From Myxococcota bacterium (GTDB lineage Bacteria; Myxococcota_A; UBA796; GCA-2862545), in the NCBI GenBank assembly GCA_039208735.1, contig JBCCQY010000137.1, forward strand, positions 1 to 25,360: DNA of 25,360 bases, given 5' to 3'. Below are positions 17,638 through 25,360 of this stretch, in pieces (the stretch's first letter is position 1; each line of letters starts with the position of its first letter). The position numbers were made by a program, and so were the translations under genes. The notes under the pieces were generated by a model. That model made no database searches. It worked only from the letters and a program-made list of their open reading frames with translations, and had not been told where the DNA came from.

Positions 17638-19422
17638 ATGACCGAACCATCGTCTGCGCCTTCGCCCTCCGCCCCTTCCCCCGAACGAGGAGGGCTCTTC
17701 GCCCGATTCCTCACCGGCGTGGAGTGGCTCGGAAACCTTCTTCCTCACCCGGTGACCCTGTTCGCGATGTTCGCCATCGGGGTGGTCCTCGTCAGCGGAC
17801 TGTGCGGCTGGCTCGAGGTCCAGGTCGAAGACCCACGCCCCGAGGGGGCCAAAGGCCGCTCGTCCGACGGATGGATCGTCGCGAAGAGCCTATTGACGGG
17901 TGAGGGCATTCGATGGATGGCCACCCATCTCGTGACCAACTTCACCGGCTTTGTGCCGCTAGGCACAGTGCTGGTCGCTCTTCTCGGTGTAGGGGTCGCC
18001 GAAAGGAGCGGGCTGCTGGGCGCGGCCATCCGCGGGCTGGTGCTCTCTGCCCCTCGCAACCTGGTCACCGTGGTGGTGGTCTTCAGCGGGGTGCTCAGCA
18101 ATATCGCGTCAGAGATGGGCTACGTCGTGCTCATTCCCTTGGCGGCCGTGGTCTTTCACTCCGTCGGGCGCCACCCCTTGGCCGGTCTTGCCGCGGCCTT
18201 CGCGGGGGTTTCAGGTGGCTACAGCGCAAACCTCCTCATTGGCACGGTGGATCCTTTGCTCGCAGGGATCACCGAAGAAGCCGCCCGCTTTGTCGACCCC
18301 AGTTACGAGGTACATCCCGCCGTCAACTGGTACTTCATGATGGCCAGTACCTTCTTGATCACGGTGCTCGGGACCTTCGTTACCGCCCGCATCGTGGAAC
18401 CTCGGCTCGGAACCTACGACCCCGCTGGAGCCGACGACTCCGTCCAGCAGCAACCTTCTCTCGAACACCTCACCCCCAAAGAGCGTCGTGGGCTCTTGCA
18501 CGCCGCCCTCGCCGTGCTCGTCACGGTGGCCCTGTTTGCAGGGCTCGCCGGACCCCAGTTCACAACGACCGTCATGCTCCCACCGGGTCAGGCCATCGAG
18601 GACGTGGCGCAGTGGTCAGCCGAACAAGTGGCCGCGGCCCAGTCTGGTGGGGGGCCACTCAAGCCCTACGCCATCCCCGTACAAGAGGGGTTTCGCGGCG
18701 CGCTAAACCAGGTGTTTGACGCGATCCCGCTATGGGGCGTGCTTCGCGACCCGGCCCAGAACACCCTGATGCCGTCGCCGTTCCTGAAGAGCATCGTGGC
18801 CATGATCTTCGTCTTCTTCTTGGTTCCAGGCTTTGCATACGGACGTAGCGTTGGCACCATGCGAGGCGACCGAGACGTCATCGACGGCATGGCCGGAGCC
18901 ATGAACGCAATGGGGCTTTACATCGTCCTGGTCTTCTTTGCGGCCCAGTTTGTGGCGTACTTCAAATGGACCAACCTGGGTTCCATTCTCGCGGTAGTCG
19001 GCGCCGATGCGCTCGTGGCCATGGGTCTAGATAACGCCTGGGTCTTCGTGCCGTTCATCCTCATGTGCTGCTTCGTCAATCTGATGCTCGGCAGCGCCAG
19101 TGCGCAATGGGCGGTGACCGCCCCGATCTTCGTTCCAATGTTGATGCACATCGGGTACAGCCCCGAGGTGATCCAGGCGGCCTACCGCATTGGCGACAGC
19201 ACCACAAACTTGATCACGCCAATGATGAGCTACTTCGGCCTCATCCTCGCCTACGCCTGTCGCTACGATCGAAACCTAGGCATCGGGACACTGATCGCAA
19301 CGATGCTGCCTTACAGCCTGTTCTTTCTCGCGGGGTGGATCGCGTTTTTCTACCTGTGGGTGTTTGGGCTCGGGCTCCCCGTCGGACCCGGCGCTCCGAC
19401 GTACTTCGAACTCGGTCCCTGA
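17638..19422 (+). CDS. abgT: AbgT-family transporter (p-aminobenzoyl-glutamate; YdaH/MtrF-like)
   Basis: Motifs VEWLGNLLPHPVTLF, NFTGFVPLGTVLVALLGVGVAE, GRHPLAGLAAAFAGVSGGYSAN and QAAYRIGDSTTN. Confidence 0.95.
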   Translation: MTEPSSAPSPSAPSPERGGLFARFLTGVEWLGNLLPHPVTLFAMFAIGVVLVSGLCGWLEVQVEDPRPEGAKGRSSDGWIVAKSLLTGEGIRWMATHLVTNFTGFVPLGTVLVALLGVGVAERSGLLGAAIRGLVLSAPRNLVTVVVVFSGVLSNIASEMGYVVLIPLAAVVFHSVGRHPLAGLAAAFAGVSGGYSANLLIGTVDPLLAGITEEAARFVDPSYEVHPAVNWYFMMASTFLITVLGTFVTARIVEPRLGTYDPAGADDSVQQQPSLEHLTPKERRGLLHAALAVLVTVALFAGLAGPQFTTTVMLPPGQAIEDVAQWSAEQVAAAQSGGGPLKPYAIPVQEGFRGALNQVFDAIPLWGVLRDPAQNTLMPSPFLKSIVAMIFVFFLVPGFAYGRSVGTMRGDRDVIDGMAGAMNAMGLYIVLVFFAAQFVAYFKWTNLGSILAVVGADALVAMGLDNAWVFVPFILMCCFVNLMLGSASAQWAVTAPIFVPMLMHIGYSPEVIQAAYRIGDSTTNLITPMMSYFGLILAYACRYDRNLGIGTLIATMLPYSLFFLAGWIAFFYLWVFGLGLPVGPGAPTYFELGP

Positions 19423-19491
19423 ACAGGTCCATCGCCAAGCTATCGACGGATTTTCTCGCGGGCGCTACCGCTCTGAAACAACTTGCAACGA

Positions 19492-19902
19492 TCACGTCGC
19501 CGTTTCGCTCGGCGTTTCGGCGATCATGTGCGGATTTCCATCGGGATCGAAGAAGGTGGCCAGTTTCACCATGTCGGGGATGTCTTGGGTCGGGCCGTCG
19601 AAGCGCACGCCCTTCGACTCGAGGTAGGCGCGGACCGACGCAAGGTCGCCCACCCCCCACACCGGCGTATTGCCGGTCACCGCCGGCTCCTCGGCTTCTG
19701 CCAGCCCGACCGTGACCTTGGCCACCGGACTCCGCAACTCGCCCCAGCGAATCTCATCCACTCGATAGACGAGTTCAAAGCCCAGCACCGACTGATACCA
19801 GGTGAGCGCCTCGTCGAGGTTTCGCACCTGCAGCGAGATCGTGAGTGCGCCGTCGTACCCCATGGCGCGAGCGGCCTCATTCGTGAGTTCGTTCGTAGAC
19901 AA
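19492..19902 (-). CDS. VOC-family protein; probable TTG start at 19902 (alternative ATG 19863)
   Basis: Motifs LQVRNLDEALTWYQSVLGF, LESKGVRF and TFFDPDGN; AGGAG lies 6 nt before the TTG. Confidence 0.85.
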   Translation of the reverse strand: MSTNELTNEAARAMGYDGALTISLQVRNLDEALTWYQSVLGFELVYRVDEIRWGELRSPVAKVTVGLAEAEEPAVTGNTPVWGVGDLASVRAYLESKGVRFDGPTQDIPDMVKLATFFDPDGNPHMIAETPSETAT

Positions 19903-19934
19903 GCGTTTCTCCTGATTATCACCGCAATGCACGC

Positions 19935-19955
19935 AAAGTATAGTAACTATACTTT
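19935..19955. promoter_or_regulatory. Perfect palindromic operator between the divergent VOC and HxlR-type genes
   Basis: AAAGTATAGT-A-ACTATACTTT, with 10-bp arms. Confidence 0.8.
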
Positions 19956-19981
19956 CCATCCGCAACCTTCCTGGAGCACGG

Positions 19982-20548
19982 TTGAGTGGAATTCAACGCC
20001 TTCTGCCGCTCTTCCATCGTCGCTGGGCGGCTTCCGTCCTCGTTCACTTGGCTCACCCCGACACCGCGCGTACCGGCCGGGCCCGAGTCTCGGCCATCGC
20101 GAGCATGTTCGGCGCGAATCGAGAAGCCGTTCGGCAGTCTGTGAGGGCGCTCGAAAGTGTCCAGGCGGTAGAGCGCAACCCCGGCCATGGTCACCCGTTG
20201 AGGCCGGAGCTTCGCCTTACCGAGCGCGGCCAACGGCTCGCCCCGCACTTCAAAGCGCTTCATGACCTGTTGACCGAACTCGGTCACCGCGATCTGGGAT
20301 TGCGCAAGTGGCCAATGCCCGCCCTCTACGCAGTAGGAGCAGGACCGACACGGTTTGGGGCCATCTCCGATCAGCTACCCAAGGTGACGGACCGCGCCCT
20401 TTCCCAGGCGCTCCGGCGCCTTCGGGAAGCCGAGCTGATCGACCGCACCATGAACGAGGACCAGCCCCCCCGACCCGTCTACCAGAGCATCGGACGGGGA
20501 CTCGACGTCGTGACCGTCTTGAACGACCTCGTCCAGACGGTCGACTGA
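19982..20548 (+). CDS. Winged-helix regulator with two tandem HxlR-like domains
   Basis: First domain HRRWAASVL...GHGHPLRPELRLTERG; second domain RKWPMPAL...RFGAISDQLPKVTDRALSQALRRL...PPRPVY; GGAG precedes the TTG. Confidence 0.85.
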   Translation: MSGIQRLLPLFHRRWAASVLVHLAHPDTARTGRARVSAIASMFGANREAVRQSVRALESVQAVERNPGHGHPLRPELRLTERGQRLAPHFKALHDLLTELGHRDLGLRKWPMPALYAVGAGPTRFGAISDQLPKVTDRALSQALRRLREAELIDRTMNEDQPPRPVYQSIGRGLDVVTVLNDLVQTVD

Positions 20549-20604
20549 AGCATTCGTACGGCCGAGGGCATGGCTTGTCCCTAAGGCAACCGTTGGGGCG
20601 TTCC

Positions 20605-23595
20605 ATGAAGCATTGGGCAGGTTGGTTTTTCGTTGGGTGGCTGGCCGCGTGTGGCGGGTCTGAACCCAATTGTGGGTGGGTACCAGACCGCGATGGGGAC
20701 GGGTTCGGCGATCGGGAGGCCACCCCAAGGTGTGGCGTATCGAGCAAAGATGGGTATGTCCTCGACAATACGGACTGCGACGACCTGAATCCTGGGGTTC
20801 GGCCCGATGCGACCGAGCAGTGCGACGTCGATGGCATTGACGAGAACTGTGATGGTCTTGCCAACAACGATGACGTGGAGCTGATTGGTGGTTTGGCCGG
20901 GTACCCGGATGCCGACGGGGACGGGTTTGGGGACGGCGCCGCGGAACCGGTCTGGTTTTGTACGATTCCAGACGACTACCGCTCGAACTCACAGGACTGC
21001 GATGACGACGACCCCTTTGCCTTCCCAGGCGCCGCGAGACGCATGGGAGCCCAGCTGTGCACCCGAGATGCCGACGGCGATGGTTGGGGGGACGCCACCG
21101 CGATGCCGCCGGTGGTCGCGGGGGACGACTGCAATGACGAGGATTCGCGGGTCTTTCCCGAGGCCGAGGAACGATTCGGAGATTTGGCCGACCAGGACTG
21201 CGACGGAGAAGACTTCTGGCGAATCGCCGATGGATTTGAGCTCGGGTTCCCAGATCCAGAGGTTTGGGAGCACATCGGAGGCACCGCCGATGTCACCGAC
21301 GCCTCACCGTACGAAGGTCAGTTGGCCTTGCGTCTGGATGGGGCGACGCTCACCACCGTCCAGGTCGACACCACTTCGTGTAGCAGCCTTCGCTGGGGAT
21401 TCTGGATCGAAAGCGTGTGGGCGGACGAGGTGATCGTTGAGGCCTGGAATGGGCAACAGTGGGTAGACCTTCTCTTCGAGCAGCCCACTCGTGGCTACGC
21501 TCGCATCGAAGGCACCTTGGATGACTCCTTTGCCTTTCATCCGGCATTCCAAATGCGAATCTTCGTCGATCGGTATTCAAGGGCCACCCTCGACTCCTTC
21601 GAATTGGCATGCCCAGGACCCGATGGCGATGGAGACGGATGGTTCTTTCATGAAGATTGTGACGACGGAGACTCCGCTCATTGGTCGGATTGCGGACTCT
21701 GCACCGACGTAGACGGCGACGATTTCGGCCTGGGCTGCAACCAAGGCCTAGATTGCGACGATTCCGATGCCGGAGTGTTCCCGGAAAGCGGCAACGACGA
21801 CTCGATCAATGGGATGGATGAGGACTGCGACGGCTCCGATGGCGACTCGTTCTTTGACGATTTCGAATCAGGGTTTCTCGGTGCAGCAATCTGGGAACCC
21901 AGCTCCGGCGCTCAGATCATCCAAGATAGCAGCCAGGTTTTGCGTCTTCGAAGCGAGGACTCCGCGACGACGACCCCTCTCGATATGGACGGGTGCTCGG
22001 GTATCTACTGGTCGATGGACGTCCGGAAGGGATGGCTCTTCCTCGATACAGCACCCCTACCCGGGGATCGACTCACCTTGCAGTACAACGCAGGGAACGG
22101 ATTCGTGAACGCTGGCACTTTGATCAGCAATGGCGGTCAGGACGTTCGACCGGGTCCGTGGTCAGGGATCCTCACGGATCCCCTCGCAATGGTCCCGGAG
22201 ATTCAATTCCGGCTGCAGGCGAGCCCTTCCAACCCACGCATGTCGTGGCTCATCGACAACCTCACCATCTCGTGCTCCGGAATCGATGAAGACAAAGACG
22301 GCTGGCCAGAGATGCGCGACTGTGCGCCTTTGGATAGGGCACACTTCCAGGACTGTGGACAGTGCATCGACGCGGACGGCGACGGAGCAGGAATCAACTG
22401 TGACCTTGGACCGGACTGCGGTGAGGGTATTGTCGAAATCCACCCGGGAGCTGCAGATTCCTTTGGTGACGGCCTTGACAGCGATTGTGATGGATACGAT
22501 GGAACCGCGTTCTTTACGTCATTCGAGACGGGGGTGTTTGATTCCCAGACGTGGAATCGCCTTGAAGGCGCCGCCATGTTGACGCGCGACCCTTTCGAAC
22601 GGACCCTGGCCATGTACCTAGACGAAGATTCGTCGGCGACAACGACGGCCTTCGATACGTCGCTTTGCCCTGCGGTGTATTGGTCGTACGAAGCGCAACG
22701 GAATCTGGAGCCAAAGGATGAACTGACGGTCGAAATGTGGACTGGCGAAGAATGGCGAGTGGCGGAAACGTGGTCTGGCGACACCTTCTCCGACGTAGAC
22801 TACGTCTTTCGCGATGGATGGATCGATGACCCCTCGGTGCTCCATCCCCAGTTCCGTCTTCGCTTTAGGGTGGAAGCCGACTCGGACCAAAACCACGTAA
22901 ACATTGACGATATTCTGTTCGCGTGTACCGAGCCCGACCTAGATGGCGACGGTTTCGCCAGCATTATCGACTGCGACCCCGCCGACCCCTTCCACTGGTC
23001 GGACTGTGGTCAGTGTGTAGATGGCGATGGCGATGGCTACGGAATGTCCTGCGACCTCGGGCTCGACTGCGACGACACCAATGTCGCATTCACCCCCTTT
23101 GGAGCCGATCCGTTCGGCGACGGATTCGACACGGATTGCTCAACCCAGGATGGTCCTGGTTGGTACGAAGGATTTGACGCGGGCTACCTCAGCGCTTTGT
23201 GGGAGGTCGTGCGGGAGCCCGCCCTGTTGTCGAACACCGATTTTCAGAGCGCCCCGTACAGTCTGCACCTCACCCGCGACGGTGGGGTGACCACTCGGAC
23301 TTGGGACACCTCCGGCTGTACATCGCTTGCGTGGGACGTTGCGATTCAGCGAGGGTTCTTCCCTCCTGACGCCAATGAACCCGTTGTTTTGTCCTGGTTT
23401 AACGGCACGGACTGGGTGCCCTTCTTCGAGTTGCTCGGTGGCATATCGGACAGTGGGTTCGTGCCCTATTCCGGCACGATCGTGGATGCCGAAGCCCAAT
23501 CCCCCGACTTCCAATTCCGCGTTGAGCTTAGAGCGGACTCTGATTGGGCGGATGAGGTGTTTGTGGATGACCTCACCCTGCATTGCATCGAGTAG
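20605..23595 (+). CDS. Repeat lipoprotein (996 aa) with MopE-like Cys/Asp-rich motifs and four jelly-roll-like domains
   Basis: MKHW...LAAC lipobox at ATG 20605; DCDD.(N/D)P..(Y/F)P.A.E..DG.D.(N/D)CDG-type motifs; repeat period about 630-660 nt. Confidence 0.85.
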   Translation: MKHWAGWFFVGWLAACGGSEPNCGWVPDRDGDGFGDREATPRCGVSSKDGYVLDNTDCDDLNPGVRPDATEQCDVDGIDENCDGLANNDDVELIGGLAGYPDADGDGFGDGAAEPVWFCTIPDDYRSNSQDCDDDDPFAFPGAARRMGAQLCTRDADGDGWGDATAMPPVVAGDDCNDEDSRVFPEAEERFGDLADQDCDGEDFWRIADGFELGFPDPEVWEHIGGTADVTDASPYEGQLALRLDGATLTTVQVDTTSCSSLRWGFWIESVWADEVIVEAWNGQQWVDLLFEQPTRGYARIEGTLDDSFAFHPAFQMRIFVDRYSRATLDSFELACPGPDGDGDGWFFHEDCDDGDSAHWSDCGLCTDVDGDDFGLGCNQGLDCDDSDAGVFPESGNDDSINGMDEDCDGSDGDSFFDDFESGFLGAAIWEPSSGAQIIQDSSQVLRLRSEDSATTTPLDMDGCSGIYWSMDVRKGWLFLDTAPLPGDRLTLQYNAGNGFVNAGTLISNGGQDVRPGPWSGILTDPLAMVPEIQFRLQASPSNPRMSWLIDNLTISCSGIDEDKDGWPEMRDCAPLDRAHFQDCGQCIDADGDGAGINCDLGPDCGEGIVEIHPGAADSFGDGLDSDCDGYDGTAFFTSFETGVFDSQTWNRLEGAAMLTRDPFERTLAMYLDEDSSATTTAFDTSLCPAVYWSYEAQRNLEPKDELTVEMWTGEEWRVAETWSGDTFSDVDYVFRDGWIDDPSVLHPQFRLRFRVEADSDQNHVNIDDILFACTEPDLDGDGFASIIDCDPADPFHWSDCGQCVDGDGDGYGMSCDLGLDCDDTNVAFTPFGADPFGDGFDTDCSTQDGPGWYEGFDAGYLSALWEVVREPALLSNTDFQSAPYSLHLTRDGGVTTRTWDTSGCTSLAWDVAIQRGFFPPDANEPVVLSWFNGTDWVPFFELLGGISDSGFVPYSGTIVDAEAQSPDFQFRVELRADSDWADEVFVDDLTLHCIE

Positions 23596-23657
23596 TCCGG
23601 ACGCTCACTCGATGGTGACGTCGAGCGCGAAGGGACCACTGATCAGCACACCGTCTA

Positions 23658-24845
23658 TCACCAGCGTCCACGTTCCACGATGAGGTACTGGACGATGGGC
23701 TCATGGGTGGGATTGAGCACATCGATCGGCGCATAATCGAACTCATCGGCCCGATCCGTGCAGCTGTCCTCTTGCTCACATGTGCTCCGCAATTCGAGCT
23801 GTCCATACGGATCGAGGTTCTCCTTTTCGATCTGGACCCGCGTAAACGGCGGAAGCTCAATGGGGATGACCCGGTCGGGAGCGTCGAGCCATCGATCGAG
23901 GCACCGATCGAGGCCAAACCCGAAGGCTGACGTCGCAGACCACAGGTCCACCCGGTAGTGCCCAGGTGCGTCGATGGGGGGAGTGTCCACTGCCTCATCA
24001 CACCGGTCCGGCAGGGGCGGCGCAGGCACAAGGGGCCGGTCGACGACCTCAAGCTCCACCACTCCTCCATCGAAGGAGCCGGTCTTCCCGATGCGAACCA
24101 CCCGACGTTGGGGAGCGTCGGTGTCATTGAACCAGGTCGACAGCCCACTCGCGGTTTCACAAGAGGCATCGAACCCCGCACAATCGTCGATCCAGGACAG
24201 GTTGACGAAATGGTCGTCGAGCCGGACCTCCGCCACCGAATGAGGCGGAACCTCAACCGACACAAACGCGGAGGGATCGTTGCCGCCAATCGGGCAGCCC
24301 ATCGGGGGCGCCATGAGCGGCCCATCGAGTGAAACACGATGAATGCCCGGACCGAGCCGGGGGGGGGGGCCGCTTCGGCATCGAGGCACGTTGCTTCGAG
24401 CACAGGGTCGAGCTGAGCATCCCTGCGTTCAATCACAAAGGTCACGCCACCCGTCTCGCGATGGGAAACCGTGAGGTAGACCCGTTGCACCTCATCGGTG
24501 GTGTTAACCCAGTCCAACGTCTCGATGGTCCCCAGTGGTCCTGCTTTGGCGAGGCAAGCTCGCGCTTCACTACACGCATCAATGAGCCCAATGCGGGCGT
24601 TTGCCCTTACGATCAACTGCTCACCGGGAGCCACCTCCAACGGCACCACCCGGCCGGGATCGCGCCACGGTGTAGCGCCGCGTCTTCTCGGTTTGATTGA
24701 CCCACGACACCCACGAAGCATCGTCGGAAGTAAGGCACGCACCTTCCTCCTCATCGCACTCAAAGAGCAACGACACCTGGGCTGCACCGCACAAAGTCTC
24801 CCCCGGAAAGGGCACAGGATGTGCCATTCTGTCGTATGGCTCACT
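23658..24845 (-). pseudogene. Disrupted repeat protein spread over three reading frames
   Basis: A recurring (W/L).N.T....R...V motif appears in three frames (WVNQTEKTRRYTV, WVNTTDEVQRVYLTV, WFNDTDAPQRRVVRI, VLNPTHEPIVQYLIV). Frame switches occur at G11 (24359-24369) and near 24665. Confidence 0.65.
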
Positions 24846-24849
24846 CGGT

Positions 24850-25360
24850 TCACCTGGCCTCGTGGGGCCGTTCGACCTCCGCATTGAACCGCATGAGATC
24901 AGGCAGCGCGTACGTCAGGACGTCCTCCTTTCCCTGCTCCTTCGCCCCCTGAACCAGCTGCCGCAGCAAGGCTACCGCCGCTTCGGTTCGATTGCGAGAA
25001 TAGTGAACCCACGCGAGCATGTACCAGGCATAGGGTTGGTGGCGAGAGTCGGGGAATTGTCCGGCCCGCGTAAAGGCCCACTCCGCCTCTTCGAAGGAGC
25101 CCTTTGCGAAAAGGTATTCGCCGAGGTGGATGTAGGCATCCGGCGTCCATGGCGAGTCCGGATACCGGTCGATCAGCGTACGAAAGGCGTCCATCGCCTG
25201 TTCTGTCGATCCCAACTCCAACCATGCCAACCCCAGGTAGGCCATCACCTCGTCGGCTCGGTGATGGTCTGGAGCACTCGACAAGATGCTGCGGTACAGG
25301 GCGACCGCATTTCTCAACCACCGCCGCGATTCCGTTTCGTCCATGTCGACGAACTCGCAA
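24850..25360 (-). CDS. Tetratricopeptide-repeat protein resembling myxobacterial gliding-motility TPR proteins; 5' end probably beyond the window
   Basis: TPR motifs RADEVMAYLG, LIDRYPDSPWTPDAYIHLGEY and YAWYMLAWVHY; the frame is open from 25344 to the window edge. Confidence 0.8.
   Translation of the reverse strand, partial: CEFVDMDETESRRWLRNAVALYRSILSSAPDHHRADEVMAYLGLAWLELGSTEQAMDAFRTLIDRYPDSPWTPDAYIHLGEYLFAKGSFEEAEWAFTRAGQFPDSRHQPYAWYMLAWVHYSRNRTEAAVALLRQLVQGAKEQGKEDVLTYALPDLMRFNAEVERPHEAR

Noticed and set aside
20308..20604. Upstream extension of the 1095-aa ORF
   Set aside because: It overlaps the HxlR-type gene; the lipoprotein signal starts at ATG 20605.
23573..24358. C-terminal part of the 426-aa ORF
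   Set aside because: Out-of-frame read-through after the G11 tract; the repeat motifs continue in the 23658-24389 frame.

Overview
GC-rich bacterial DNA, probably from a Myxococcota-like deltaproteobacterium. This is inferred from Myxococcus-type Cys-rich repeats, MopE-like repeats and a gliding-motility-type TPR protein. The left 2.5 kb holds an unusual mobile unit on the minus strand: an IS5-family DDE transposase whose stop codon overlaps (ATGA) an in-frame start of a TnpB nuclease with an intact RuvC triad, followed by a structured omega-RNA-like tail. No inverted repeat lies between the two genes. The rest is ordinary accessory chromosome: an XRE regulator, PaiB, a RIO1 kinase, an AlkC-like glycosylase, a VOC-ArsR-SRPBCC operon with a palindromic operator, a 2OG-Fe(II) oxygenase-like gene, an M28 peptidase, a 2220-aa modular thrombospondin-like surface protein, an AbgT transporter, a divergent VOC/double-HxlR pair with a perfect palindrome, a 996-aa repeat lipoprotein, a broken repeat gene with a G11 tract, and a partial TPR gene. 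All calls come from motif recognition by eye; no searches were run.
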